This document shows, piece by piece, positions 29,672-39,613 of a DNA stretch of 64,000 nt (position 1 is its first letter; each line of letters begins with the position of its first letter). The translations under genes were made by a program, and so were the position numbers. The stretch comes from Candidatus Woesearchaeota archaeon (GTDB lineage: Archaea; Nanobdellota; Nanobdellia; UBA10117; JABICX01): NCBI GenBank assembly GCA_018652045.1, contig JABICX010000017.1, positions 6,293 to 70,292 on the forward strand. The letters are read 5' to 3'. A model generated the notes under the pieces. The model was not told where the DNA came from, made no database searches, and was given only the letters and a program-made list of their open reading frames with translations.

Positions 29672-30697
29672 ATGCATAAACTTGCAATTATATTCCTGCT
29701 CTTAATTCTTCCAACAATCGTGGTAGCTGAAACTTTCGAAAACATAAAAGTAGAAGACTCTGTTGAAGACCAGTATTGGAATATAACGCTTCTAAGTATG
29801 GATTCCGATAACAGCATATTAATGCAAGTCTGGCTAGATCCAAGCGAATTAATAACTAAACGAGTTTATTTCAACACAACTACAAACTTTGATGGTATAA
29901 ACATCACAACTACTGAAACTTTCTTTGACGAAGATCCATTACTAACACTAATCACATTCCAAACCGACGTCTTATGGACACACGACTGCGAAGTGGACTC
30001 TGACTGCAATGATGATGGTGCATGTACGATTGACAAATGTATTGGGTATCCAAAAAGCTGCGACTACGATAATTCACATACAAACATAACTGTATGTACT
30101 ACTGGCGATGGCTGTTGTCCAAGTGACTGTCGATGGCGTGATGACAAAGACTGCGTACAGTTCCCATGCGACTCAAGATTTGACTGTAATGATTATAATG
30201 CGTCAACTAATGACTCTTGTGCAGCCAACTACTCTTGCGATTTTAGAGAAATCGTTTGGTGTGAGACTGACGATGAGATCTGCCCAGTTAACTGCACATA
30301 CACATCTGAAATCACCTCCGCAAGAGACTTAGATTGTTCCAAAGACAATGTATGTATTAAGCATGAAGATTGTGATGATAATAACGCTTCAACCGCGGAT
30401 CTATGCTACGCAGATCCATCTACCGACCCAAAAACCTGTGTATATGAAACAATAACATTACGACCTACTTTGGAAGATTATGACCTACCAACACAGCCAG
30501 TAGACACAAAACAATATGAATACAACGAACCACCTGAAGCAAACGAGGGAGTCATTAAGGGTCTTCTAACACATGGCGATCGTAAACGAAACCTTGCTAT
30601 CCTGTTCGGGATACTATTAGCTGGATTAGTCGTATATGTCGTATGGATTTCTTTAAAGTTTAAGCCTGAACCAAAAGTATATGGCAGTATTCAATAA
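29672..30697 (+). CDS. Cys/Asp-rich surface protein with signal peptide, repeated C-x4-DC-x-D modules and C-terminal TM anchor
   Basis: Three CxxxxDCxDxxxxTxDxC units and DxxCPxxC units; TM at C-terminus. Confidence 0.8.
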   Translation: MHKLAIIFLLLILPTIVVAETFENIKVEDSVEDQYWNITLLSMDSDNSILMQVWLDPSELITKRVYFNTTTNFDGINITTTETFFDEDPLLTLITFQTDVLWTHDCEVDSDCNDDGACTIDKCIGYPKSCDYDNSHTNITVCTTGDGCCPSDCRWRDDKDCVQFPCDSRFDCNDYNASTNDSCAANYSCDFREIVWCETDDEICPVNCTYTSEITSARDLDCSKDNVCIKHEDCDDNNASTADLCYADPSTDPKTCVYETITLRPTLEDYDLPTQPVDTKQYEYNEPPEANEGVIKGLLTHGDRKRNLAILFGILLAGLVVYVVWISLKFKPEPKVYGSIQ

Positions 30698-30735
30698 AGC
30701 TTAAAAAGCTGAGGTCTCAGGGAAAGTTGATAAAA

Positions 30736-31158
30736 ATGCCAATTATAGGTCATCAGATTACAAAGATCATAGGCAAGCGCGGCGAGCCTGAAAAAGGTCT
30801 AAAAATTACTTCAAACGTCGAACTAAAAGATGTTCAAAAGCATGCTATCTTCGTAGCTGGAGACAAGAAAGAAGCTTTAGATTTCGAGTTCCAATTCACT
30901 GTAAAATACGGTGAGAAAGCAGGTGGCATTGATATTACAGGTACACTATTCTATACTGGAACAGAGGAAGAACTAGAAAAGCTATACAAAGAGTGGAGCA
31001 AGACTAAAAAGCTAAAGGCTAAGCTGATTATGGGCATCCTAAACCGCGCAATGGAGCTAGGTTATATTGAATCAATTCCGTTAGCTGAAAGATTAAGACT
31101 TCCACCACCAGTACAATTACCTAGATTCATCGCAGAAGAAGATCACAAGAAAAAGTAG
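30736..31158 (+). CDS. Conserved archaeal hypothetical protein
   Basis: MPIIG..TKI, FEFQFTVKY, LRLPPPVQLPR pattern. Confidence 0.65.
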   Translation: MPIIGHQITKIIGKRGEPEKGLKITSNVELKDVQKHAIFVAGDKKEALDFEFQFTVKYGEKAGGIDITGTLFYTGTEEELEKLYKEWSKTKKLKAKLIMGILNRAMELGYIESIPLAERLRLPPPVQLPRFIAEEDHKKK

Positions 31159-31206
31159 TTACTGCATTACAGTAACTCTTTTAAGTTTTTACTATTTACT
31201 AATTAC

Positions 31207-32211
31207 ATGGTACTAGGCTTACATACAAAGGCAGGTGTAGAAGAAATACATATCGATCGGCTCAGCAAAGCCAAAACTACTATCAGACATATGTTAAATC
31301 ACCGAGAGTTTGAGTTTGTCCGTAAGCTTGAGCTCAATGACGTGGGGAGTCTTTTTCTAAGAAATAGTAATTGGGATAAACCAATCTTAACGGAAGATGT
31401 CTTCTCAAACACAGAAGACCCTACATATCTTCAAGAGCGGATTGGGAGTTACTTCACGCATGCGCGAAAGAAAAAATTGCTAGACCTCGTCATGGTAGAT
31501 TTGGATCGCGATTCAAGTAAAAGCGCACTTATCGTAAGAACTACTAGAATAAGTCAATTAGATGCTATTTTAACTGTTGATGAAGCAAGACCAAAGATTG
31601 GTCAAATATTAAATCAAGCTCAATCATTATATTCTGATAGAAAGATATCTGCAGATGATTTTGTGAGTTTTGTGGACGATGTCCGAAAAACAGGCCTACC
31701 ACTCGTTGATTCATTCACAGAAGAACAACTGTATATTGATGCAACTAAAGTACTTACTTTTGGAGAAACGATTAGTAAGGTCGAAGAGCTTGCAAAGACA
31801 ATCTTGAAGCAGGAGGCATACCTACTAACTTTCCAGAAGTTAATTAAAGATAACACTAGTATTCAACAAACTGCAAGGGATGTACGTGGTGCTCACAATA
31901 CTTTGTGTGTAGCAAAAGATGCGCTACACCGCCTGTCGCATGCACAAAATTTACAAGAAGCTTATCGTTTTATGAATGGACACTTCAGAGACCAAGAAGA
32001 GTTTGAAGAGTTTGAAATACCAAATATCAACGCACTAACTGAAGAATTTGAGCTTCCAACACCTTCTCTTGAATTAATACATATGTTTGATCAGGAACAC
32101 AAAAGATTAGAGAAAGAAAAACAAGAAATAGCTCACCAAGGAATCGCTGAATTAGAAGGTAGGGTCCGAGAAGATCTAATGCAAGCGGCGATCATAGATC
32201 ACGCTTTTTAA
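31207..32211 (+). CDS. Hypothetical helical protein
   Basis: 334 aa ORF, no motif recognised. Confidence 0.6.
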   Translation: MVLGLHTKAGVEEIHIDRLSKAKTTIRHMLNHREFEFVRKLELNDVGSLFLRNSNWDKPILTEDVFSNTEDPTYLQERIGSYFTHARKKKLLDLVMVDLDRDSSKSALIVRTTRISQLDAILTVDEARPKIGQILNQAQSLYSDRKISADDFVSFVDDVRKTGLPLVDSFTEEQLYIDATKVLTFGETISKVEELAKTILKQEAYLLTFQKLIKDNTSIQQTARDVRGAHNTLCVAKDALHRLSHAQNLQEAYRFMNGHFRDQEEFEEFEIPNINALTEEFELPTPSLELIHMFDQEHKRLEKEKQEIAHQGIAELEGRVREDLMQAAIIDHAF

Positions 32212-32245
32212 TCTTAGGTATCTGTTAAAATTATAAATGAGATAA

Positions 32246-32692
32246 TCACCCCATACGAGGTCCTTCAAGCATAATCTTACTATGTAATACTGAATGTATT
32301 TGTTTTACGTACAATAAAACAGTGTAGTTAGATATAACTGACTCAACAATAGGTCTATCATCTGCCGCTAAACCCAAAGTACCGTCCAACGTCATATATT
32401 TACGTCCCAGGAACTCTTCGCTATCTTTTTCAACGCCAAACCCAAGCATAATAACAGGCGGAACTGGACCGCCAATATGTACTGCAAATTGTGTACCATC
32501 ATTATCTAACTGCCGGCGTAGCTCAATATATACTTCCCGCGAGATGGGAACTGGACCAATACCTCCCATCTGTGATATGTTTATATTAGGCAACAGTCTA
32601 AAAGCTGCGCTGAGCCCTTGTGCAACTTTAACTAAAGTGTTCCCATCAGGTATCTGAAAATAAGCTTTATCTATATTTATACTTTCACTCAT
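32246..32692 (-). CDS. Hypothetical protein
   Basis: 148 aa ORF with upstream TATA-like element. Confidence 0.55.
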   Translation of the reverse strand: MSESINIDKAYFQIPDGNTLVKVAQGLSAAFRLLPNINISQMGGIGPVPISREVYIELRRQLDNDGTQFAVHIGGPVPPVIMLGFGVEKDSEEFLGRKYMTLDGTLGLAADDRPIVESVISNYTVLLYVKQIHSVLHSKIMLEGPRMG

Positions 32693-32742
32693 AAATACAT
32701 ATCATAACATAAACTTAAAAACTTGATTATACTGAATTTACT

Positions 32743-33480
32743 ATGTATAAATTCCTAAAGATACCTTTTGACGCAGGTAACCCAACGGGAAAGAAAGGCA
32801 CAGTTAAGTCTCCCGAGCTGATTCTTAAGAAGAAAGGTTATACTGTCAAAGTAAACCAATCTAATGCGGAAGAATCTATGAACAACATTGAAGCTGCTGC
32901 GCTGCAGGAACTTAAAGAAGGTCACCAACTCTGTTCAGTCGGTGGAGATCACTCAATCACATATGGATTAGTAAAAGCTGCTGCTAAAGTCCACAAAGAG
33001 CTAGCTTTAATTTATTTTGACGCGCACCTGGATTGTGAAGATAGTTTCATACCTCCAAGTCATGAAGATGTTATCCAAGCAATTGTAAAGCAAAAGTTAG
33101 TTAAACCACAGAATATCATAATCATCGGAACAAGGAAGTTTTGGAAAAAAGAGGTTGACTTCATAAAAAAACACAAGATAACAGTCATATACGCACCAGT
33201 CGATCGATCAGATATTGAAAAAAACATCAAGAACTTCTTCAAAAAGCACAAACATGTCTACATTTCTGTTGACATAGATGTTTTCGATCCAAGTGTCGCA
33301 CCTGACACTGGCTATCCGGAACAAGGTGGTTTTACTGAAGAGGAGTTTCGTGTATTTACTGAAAACATGGACTTCAAGAGAATTATAGGTTTCGACTTAG
33401 TAGAAGTAGCGCAGTCTAACGTTAAAAGTAAAAAGACGGTAACACTGGCTTCGCATGTAATTAAGTTTTTACTAGGTTAG
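32743..33480 (+). CDS. Ureohydrolase (agmatinase/arginase family)
   Basis: GGDHSIT, DAHLD, SVDIDVFDP..APDTGYP, DLVEV. Confidence 0.92.
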   Translation: MYKFLKIPFDAGNPTGKKGTVKSPELILKKKGYTVKVNQSNAEESMNNIEAAALQELKEGHQLCSVGGDHSITYGLVKAAAKVHKELALIYFDAHLDCEDSFIPPSHEDVIQAIVKQKLVKPQNIIIIGTRKFWKKEVDFIKKHKITVIYAPVDRSDIEKNIKNFFKKHKHVYISVDIDVFDPSVAPDTGYPEQGGFTEEEFRVFTENMDFKRIIGFDLVEVAQSNVKSKKTVTLASHVIKFLLG

Positions 33481-33544
33481 AGTAACGACGGATTCGAAAC
33501 CTATTTATATGTTATGTTCTATAGCTTTAACACGAGGGATTACA

Positions 33545-33838
33545 ATGAGTACACTTTGGTTAAAAAAACAGAAAACCCATAATATATTTTTACGGGAGAA
33601 GCCGATTGAATTGTTACTATGCCTGATGAATCAGACTAAACAAGCAAAGTATCCGTCAATGCTGGCAAAAGAAGCTAAATGCACATACAGTCACACCGTA
33701 CATTTACTACAAAAGATGGAAAAGAATGGACTCGTCAAGTTCGAGAAGAAAGGACGACTAAAACTAGTTGGTCTAACAAAGAAAGGCGAACAAGTCTCAG
33801 ATCTTTTCGAGCAAGTTGGTAGAACTTTAGTCCGTTAG
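33545..33838 (+). CDS. MarR-like winged-helix transcription regulator
   Basis: YPSMLAKEAKCTYSHTVHLL, KKGRLKLVGLTKKG. Confidence 0.8.
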   Translation: MSTLWLKKQKTHNIFLREKPIELLLCLMNQTKQAKYPSMLAKEAKCTYSHTVHLLQKMEKNGLVKFEKKGRLKLVGLTKKGEQVSDLFEQVGRTLVR

Positions 33839-33943
33839 GACCAACTTTCTTTACTTTTTATATTTATTCATAATTTAGTCGCTAGATATGACTTTCAAAA
33901 CCATTATAAATCAGCCTATCCTTTCATACTCAAAGGTGAAATT

Positions 33944-34090
33944 ATGGTTGAAGCTTATTGTGTAAAATGTAAGAAAAAAACCGAGATGAAGGACGAAAAA
34001 AAGACGAAGACAAAGAACGGTAGAAACATGTTAAAGGGCTCATGTCCAAAGTGTGGAACTACAGTTTGTAAATTTGTCAAAAACGATTAA
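33944..34090 (+). CDS. Small zinc-ribbon protein (DUF5679-like)
   Basis: Hand translation MVEAYCVKCKKKTEMKDEKKTKTKNGRNMLKGSCPKCGTTVCKFVKND; GGTGA SD-like site; below ORF-track cutoff. Confidence 0.85.
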   Translation: MVEAYCVKCKKKTEMKDEKKTKTKNGRNMLKGSCPKCGTTVCKFVKND

Positions 34091-34141
34091 TTCGTTACTT
34101 CTTTGATTTTTTATTTTTTAATATATAAAAAGAGCTAGCTA

Positions 34142-34915
34142 TTAAGCTAGCTCAAATGTTGCACTAATTCTTGCAGAGACTTCTACATCACCTGGTAGAA
34201 CCTGTGTTTCAGCGTGTACTCCGCTTGCTGCAAGTGCGGTTTCTTCGATCTCAGAGTACATAACTCTGTGAGGACCATAATCCCAACTAGAATCACTAAC
34301 TGAAACTACTTTGTGTACCTTAAGTCCAAGTCCTGCAGCCATAGCTTCTGCCTTGTCTCGTGCATCCTGTGTTGCCTTCTCAATTGCCTCTTTTTTCAGT
34401 TCATTCTGTTGCTCTTCTGATACTGCAAAGCGTACGTTTTGTACGTTGTTTGCTCCTGCAGCAACAGCTACATCAAGATATTTACCAACCTTGTCTAGGT
34501 TCTCTGTAGTAATCTCCAAAGTGTGGCTCGCATGATATGTAGTTATATGTTTCGGGCATTCAACGCCAGCTAATGCAATACATGTTGCTAACTCCTGACG
34601 ATCCCAAACATTGTGGTTCAGAGTCTTAAAGTTATCATCAGTAAGTCCTTCATATTTTAGACGTGCAAGAACCATCTCCATCTCATCTGAGTTCTTGGTC
34701 TGAGCATCTTCTGCAGTATCTGCATCATTTTCAAAGCCAATTACAATTGTAGCCTGTGTTGGATCAGCCTTTGCAGTGTATGTACCCGTTACTGATACTG
34801 TCTGACCATCTGGGTTTGGAATTGACGGAAACTCAATTCCTGATGCAAACAGCACAGCTGAAATCGCAATAGCGATCGCAACAATGGTTATTACCATCAT
34901 ATGTTGATTTTTCAT
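34142..34915 (-). CDS. SIMPL domain (DUF541) protein
   Basis: N-terminal TM, TVSVTG..PTQA, AGANNVQNVRF, A..KAEAMA. Confidence 0.88.
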   Translation of the reverse strand: MKNQHMMVITIVAIAIAISAVLFASGIEFPSIPNPDGQTVSVTGTYTAKADPTQATIVIGFENDADTAEDAQTKNSDEMEMVLARLKYEGLTDDNFKTLNHNVWDRQELATCIALAGVECPKHITTYHASHTLEITTENLDKVGKYLDVAVAAGANNVQNVRFAVSEEQQNELKKEAIEKATQDARDKAEAMAAGLGLKVHKVVSVSDSSWDYGPHRVMYSEIEETALAASGVHAETQVLPGDVEVSARISATFELA

Positions 34916-34958
34916 TGTAATAATATGAAAACTTACGCCTTTATAAGATTCTAGATAG

Positions 34959-35606
34959 CTACGAACGATTTCGTAGTCGGAACAAGTAAAGTACTAACAT
35001 CGCAAGCCCTGCTGCAACCATAAACCAAAACCAAAGTTGTGGCTCTGCCTGTACCGACGTACTCTCTGTAACATAGACCGTTGTGTTTGTTATGTTTTCT
35101 ACAACAGCATTATTTACTGTATCAATACTGTTGGTTGCTGTAGATACAACGCCCCTTACAACTGGTAAGGTAGTTTCTGAACCGCTCTGCAAGAAACTAT
35201 CTGTCACAGCTTTTTCAGTCATAGATGTACTTGTGCCCCCTGAGTAAAACAACTTTTGCGTAATGAATCCTGAAACAGCAGATATACCTAAAACTGCAGG
35301 AATAATAAGTCTGTTCATAGCGTCCAGCAAACCTGGCTTCTGCTCAGGAGCATATACAAAGATCTCGCCAGCTAGCTCATACAGCTTCATCTTATTGCCT
35401 CGTGGCGACCATTTGTAATAACCAGACTTGATCAATCCAGCCTTTTCTAGCTGAGTTATGTTATAATCAACTGTAGTCAATGGCAAGTCTAGTTCTTTAG
35501 CAATCTGCGAGACGGACTTTTTCTTATCGAGCGTCTCAAGTATCTTTCTAGCAGTCTGATTAGACAACATTTTGGCAGTTTTTGCAGATAGAAACTTAAC
35601 TGTCAT
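34959..35606 (-). CDS. ArsR-type HTH protein with two TM segments (one-component membrane regulator)
   Basis: SVSQIAKELDLPLTTVDYNITQLEKAGLI, then TM, Thr-rich loop, TM. Confidence 0.8.
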   Translation of the reverse strand: MTVKFLSAKTAKMLSNQTARKILETLDKKKSVSQIAKELDLPLTTVDYNITQLEKAGLIKSGYYKWSPRGNKMKLYELAGEIFVYAPEQKPGLLDAMNRLIIPAVLGISAVSGFITQKLFYSGGTSTSMTEKAVTDSFLQSGSETTLPVVRGVVSTATNSIDTVNNAVVENITNTTVYVTESTSVQAEPQLWFWFMVAAGLAMLVLYLFRLRNRS

Positions 35607-35656
35607 AGATACAGTAGTTTAGAATATCTTTTAAGCTTTTAGTATCATCATTTACT

Positions 35657-36004
35657 ATGGGAGACGGATATCCACTTATATCAGACCCAAACGTATATGG
35701 CATATTTACAGGAAACTTGGAGAACGTAAATCAACCAATACTTAAGATCGAAGCAGTGCTTTCAGATGGGAGCTCTTATCGACGTTGGGGTGATGGTGAA
35801 GCTGCTAATGAACGTGTATGGCTTAAGTCTGCAGAAGGTGACAGACAGGCGATTATAGATATAGATACATCAGGCATACGTGTATATGAATACTTTAGCA
35901 CAGGTGCTAAGCAAAAGTATAGAAATCCATTAATATCCTTTTTTACTATAGATGATGCGCTAAAAATCGCAAAAGGTATCATTCATACAGCTAAAGAAGC
36001 CTAG
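35657..36004 (+). CDS. Hypothetical protein
   Basis: 115 aa ORF with upstream TATA-like element. Confidence 0.5.
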   Translation: MGDGYPLISDPNVYGIFTGNLENVNQPILKIEAVLSDGSSYRRWGDGEAANERVWLKSAEGDRQAIIDIDTSGIRVYEYFSTGAKQKYRNPLISFFTIDDALKIAKGIIHTAKEA

Positions 36005-36407
36005 AATATTCTTTAAGCCGTTCAACAGTTTGCTTAACCACAAATGGCTCTATAAAGTTCTCAACAACAGAGGGTATTGAGTCGCAGATCTGATATCCGT
36101 CTTGCCTTTTCTCGACTAACTTAAGGTCTCGCATACGTCTAAGCTGTCTACGTACGTTTGGAGCTGAAGCACCTCGCTTTTCTCCCAATGCTCGCAGGAT
36201 TTCAGTAGGCTCAAAGCCTCTTCCTCGATTCTCAAGTAGAAGTTCAAAGATGTTAACGATCACGTCACGCGATTCTCCGGGCTGAAGTAGACCAATAGAT
36301 AACAAAAAGCGTCGCACAAGCTCTTTTCTCTCTAATCCGGCAGGACTTTCGTACTTGCGTATAGTGATTTCTTGCAGAGGTATGTCTTTAAGGGTAGTTT
36401 TAGTCAT
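35991..36407 (-). CDS. Conserved archaeal winged-helix protein
   Basis: EITIRKYE, SIGLLQPGESRD, ASAPNVRRQLRRMRDLKLVEK. Confidence 0.7.
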   Translation of the reverse strand: MTKTTLKDIPLQEITIRKYESPAGLERKELVRRFLLSIGLLQPGESRDVIVNIFELLLENRGRGFEPTEILRALGEKRGASAPNVRRQLRRMRDLKLVEKRQDGYQICDSIPSVVENFIEPFVVKQTVERLKEYSRLL

Positions 36408-36482
36408 ATTTATCAAAGATGTTGATTATTTATCAAAGTTTCCGAACAGAATGATTTTATAGTTTAATCGGTTAGTTTTTGT

Positions 36483-37400
36483 ATGACTCTTAAAAATCAC
36501 AAATATTCTATATTCGCGACAGTTGCTTTTGTCGCTATTATCTTGATTGTCTTCTATCCGCGAGAGGTGATAGATACACCAATTGATGAAGAGGGGGACT
36601 TATTCTACGCTCCACCTAGGGCAAAAGAACCTGGAGACATACTGGTTGTCTTAGATATCTATGAACTATTAGACGGTCAGAGCCAAGAGCTAGCTTTTGG
36701 TGAAGGCTATGTATGGCACGCAGATTCAGGTCAAACTGCTCGAAATGTAATATCCAAAATATCTGCAGGTGAAGAACTTGAAACATATAACAATCCAGAA
36801 GCAATAAAACACCTCGGAGGGTTAGCATATAGCAGCAATAATATATGGGGTGTTGATTGTCAGCTACCATATGGCACCGATTACGAAGGTACAATATACA
36901 AGATAGATACTAAGGAGCTTATATCTGGCGAATCTTGGGAAAAAGCCATTGTTAGTAGTTTCAGTGCCAGTTACCCATATACTAATCAGAATGCAGGTCT
37001 AACTTGTGAAGATGATACCTGCCAGTTCATATGGTTAGCAAATTGGGGTCAACCTGCTGGAATATATAGAATCGACACCGAGAAAGCCATAGCAGATGGG
37101 TTTATCTCACAAGACAGTGTTACAAGAACCATACTGCCTATTGGAACACATACTAACTTCCAAGGATTGGCGTGGGCCAACGATTATCTTTGGGTAGTTG
37201 ATTCTACACCACTTAACCAAGCAATTCTTAAAATTGACCCACATAGCGGAAGCATTGTTACTGAATATGCCTTGGGGACCTTTGTTTCTGAAGAAAACTG
37301 CCCTGAAAATACTTGCGAGGGCGAAGGTTTAGCGTACGATGGAGAACATCTATGGTTTAGTACAACTCGCCCTCAAAAGCTTTACAAGCTCGCAGTATAG
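36483..37400 (+). CDS. Membrane-anchored beta-propeller protein (glutaminyl cyclase/YncE-like blades)
   Basis: N-terminal TM; repeated GLAY/GLAW..LW and IYKID/IYRID blades. Confidence 0.7.
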   Translation: MTLKNHKYSIFATVAFVAIILIVFYPREVIDTPIDEEGDLFYAPPRAKEPGDILVVLDIYELLDGQSQELAFGEGYVWHADSGQTARNVISKISAGEELETYNNPEAIKHLGGLAYSSNNIWGVDCQLPYGTDYEGTIYKIDTKELISGESWEKAIVSSFSASYPYTNQNAGLTCEDDTCQFIWLANWGQPAGIYRIDTEKAIADGFISQDSVTRTILPIGTHTNFQGLAWANDYLWVVDSTPLNQAILKIDPHSGSIVTEYALGTFVSEENCPENTCEGEGLAYDGEHLWFSTTRPQKLYKLAV

Positions 37401-37473
37401 CGTTTTTTTACTTAAACCCACCAAAAATGGGCAAATTACATGAACGACGGCCATTTTGGATTATTTTGCCTCT

Positions 37474-37752
37474 TTGCAATATTGTAAAGAATAGTATATA
37501 TTTGCAATATTGAAACAATGTACTATATCTTGCAATATTGAAAAGAATAGCTTGTCACCTACATATCCCTTCCATATTGAAAAGAACTCTAGACCGTTTC
37601 TGAGTTTGGAGCAAGTTTAGGGCTAGAAAGTGAGCCTAACGTGTTCTTATATTGCAATATTGAAAAGAATTAACACGTTCATTCACGTTAGTAATAGAAC
37701 TTTTGATAAATGATTAAAAGTTTTAATAGCATGGTTGCAATATTGAAAAGAA
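37474..37752 (+). repeat. Array of six same-orientation 18-bp motifs TTGCAATATTGAAAAGAA (core palindrome CAATATTG)
   Basis: Copies at 37474, 37502, 37530 (28-bp period), 37570 (degenerate), 37652, 37735 in a 386-bp non-coding gap. Confidence 0.9.
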
Positions 37753-37786
37753 ATATACTTTTATCTTAGTATGTATATCAATAACT

Positions 37787-38089
37787 ATGGCAGATCCATT
37801 TGGAGACATAGGTGGAAACATAGGAAAAGGGTTAGGAAGCGCCAATCTAGGCAGCTTTGGAGAGAGTAAATACAAGACTTATTTGAAATGGACTCTTATT
37901 ATAGCATCTATCTTAGGCATATTATCTGCACTAGCTATCTTCTCCATTATTCTTGGTCTTGGCCCAGGGTCTAGCCTCCCAATAGGTATAGAAACGCTCG
38001 GAATCATCGCAGGTTTGTGTGCATTCATAACGGGACTTGATACACTGTACAACACTTTTAGAAAGAAATCTGATACGGGTGGATTATAG
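37787..38089 (+). CDS. Small two-TM membrane protein
   Basis: Gly-rich N-terminus, two hydrophobic helices. Confidence 0.6.
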   Translation: MADPFGDIGGNIGKGLGSANLGSFGESKYKTYLKWTLIIASILGILSALAIFSIILGLGPGSSLPIGIETLGIIAGLCAFITGLDTLYNTFRKKSDTGGL

Positions 38090-38095
38090 GTAATA

Positions 38096-38123
38096 ACTAC
38101 GCATAATCTATCTTATACGCACT
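38096..38123. mobile_element. dif-like Xer recombination site (left)
   Basis: ACTACGCATAA-TCTATC-TTATACGCACT: 11-6-11 layout, both arms resemble E. coli XerC arm GGTGCGCATAA; lies between two convergent stop codons. Confidence 0.6.
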
Positions 38124-38128
38124 TAATC

Positions 38129-38428
38129 TTAAGGGGTTAGATGCTCAGTAAGTTCAGTCACTGCTACATCTGTTTCTTCAAAAGCTGCTTTAGCTTCAAC
38201 TGATTCTAATAATTCAGGTGACACGTCTATGATTTTTACTATATGTACTCTGCTGGTTTCGTTTCCAGCAATTGCTTTCTCATATACATCATTCTTTCCA
38301 AATAAAACCTGTAAACGGTTCGGATGATCTACTGGTTTAACCTTCACAGCACTACCATTGGATCTTGGGACATATACAAAAGGCCTTAAATCCCCTTCTT
38401 TATGCTTTAGAACGTAACCTTCTACCAT
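38129..38428 (-). CDS. Hypothetical protein
   Basis: 99 aa from MVEGYV; stop 5 bp from the dif-like site. Confidence 0.5.
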   Translation of the reverse strand: MVEGYVLKHKEGDLRPFVYVPRSNGSAVKVKPVDHPNRLQVLFGKNDVYEKAIAGNETSRVHIVKIIDVSPELLESVEAKAAFEETDVAVTELTEHLTP

Positions 38429-38500
38429 ACTTAATTTCAAAATATCCCTTTTTAAACCTATCTTTCTTTGCAATACTGAAGAGATTTTTAAAAGGGACTT

Positions 38501-39613
38501 TTAGAAGAAACCTAGTGCTTCAATGTCGGCTATGACTTCATTGAATACGGCTTCTCGCTGTTCTGCGTCATCAAATGCCTCTGAATAATTTTTTATGGTT
38601 CTTAAAAGCGCATCTTTATTGAAATACCCATGATTATGGGTTGATGAGCGTTCATCTGCCTTTTTAATCTCATTCTCCACCAATGTTTGCTTAAAAATAT
38701 CTGGAAACACATCGTTTAGTATATGTAAGACTCTTGCCTCCATCTTAAGTTTGTTGAGAGTATATTGATATTGTACATCATCATATGCTCTGTCCTCCAT
38801 ACCATAATCATGTATACGATAGTCGAAAGTTAAGGCGTGCGGTAATGCCAGCATTGCATCAGGAAGCTGATAGTGACCTTCACTAATGTGATAATCTAAT
38901 ATTGAAAATCCTACGTCAGGATCGTACATGAAGTTCGATTCTTTTGGATCTATAACAAGCCCGTTTTTGCTCATTATCTCCACAGTACTGATTAAGTTAA
39001 CGATTTCTTCTGTTGTGTACTGCGGTCTTGTATTTACGTTATATTCTGATACGTTTTTTCCAGGTAAACACTCCATAATCGTTGCTGTATCTTCAAATGA
39101 ATATGCAACTAACTGCGATAGGTTAGGTATACCTTTACCTCTATGTAGCGCTTTTAGCTCGTAATTCATCTGAACCGCACCACCAAACTTTACTGCGTAT
39201 GTCTGTCCATCCACCTCAATAGCAAAAGCATGGCCATTGCTACCGCCACCAAGGTATCCTGGAATCTCATCTAGCGTTTTAGTGTCTATATCTTCTTTTA
39301 GTCCTTTTACGATATCTCGGAACTTCTTATCATACAGCTGTGCGTTGTCTACACGTTCAGTTACTGCTTCTAATGACACTCCCTGAACAAAATCAGCGTA
39401 TGCATCTCCATGTTTAGTTACAAGCGTCTCTAGAACTGCAGGCGTGCCTGCCATGGATTCGCTAGAAACCATTATTTGAGATAATCGATTCGCAGTCAAT
39501 AGTAGTGCTCTTTGGTCTTTACTAAACTCTTCAACATGAGCGCTATCTGCAAAAAGCTCTAACTTAGCTAGAGTCACGTACGGTTCAACGTTATTACTTT
39601 CGCTTGAAGACAT
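38501..39613 (-). CDS. Protein kinase-like fold protein
   Basis: Gly loop LGGGSNG, YAVK, alphaC-like YELKAL, IMECLPG, catalytic-loop-like DPKESNF, LDY in DFG position. Confidence 0.7.
   Translation of the reverse strand: MSSSESNNVEPYVTLAKLELFADSAHVEEFSKDQRALLLTANRLSQIMVSSESMAGTPAVLETLVTKHGDAYADFVQGVSLEAVTERVDNAQLYDKKFRDIVKGLKEDIDTKTLDEIPGYLGGGSNGHAFAIEVDGQTYAVKFGGAVQMNYELKALHRGKGIPNLSQLVAYSFEDTATIMECLPGKNVSEYNVNTRPQYTTEEIVNLISTVEIMSKNGLVIDPKESNFMYDPDVGFSILDYHISEGHYQLPDAMLALPHALTFDYRIHDYGMEDRAYDDVQYQYTLNKLKMEARVLHILNDVFPDIFKQTLVENEIKKADERSSTHNHGYFNKDALLRTIKNYSEAFDDAEQREAVFNEVIADIEALGFF

Noticed and set aside
37474-37752. CRISPR array (motif ends in ATTGAAA like many CRISPR repeats)
   Set aside because: Unit is only 18 bp, gaps are 10, 10, about 22, 65 and 65 bp, and there are no cas genes in the window
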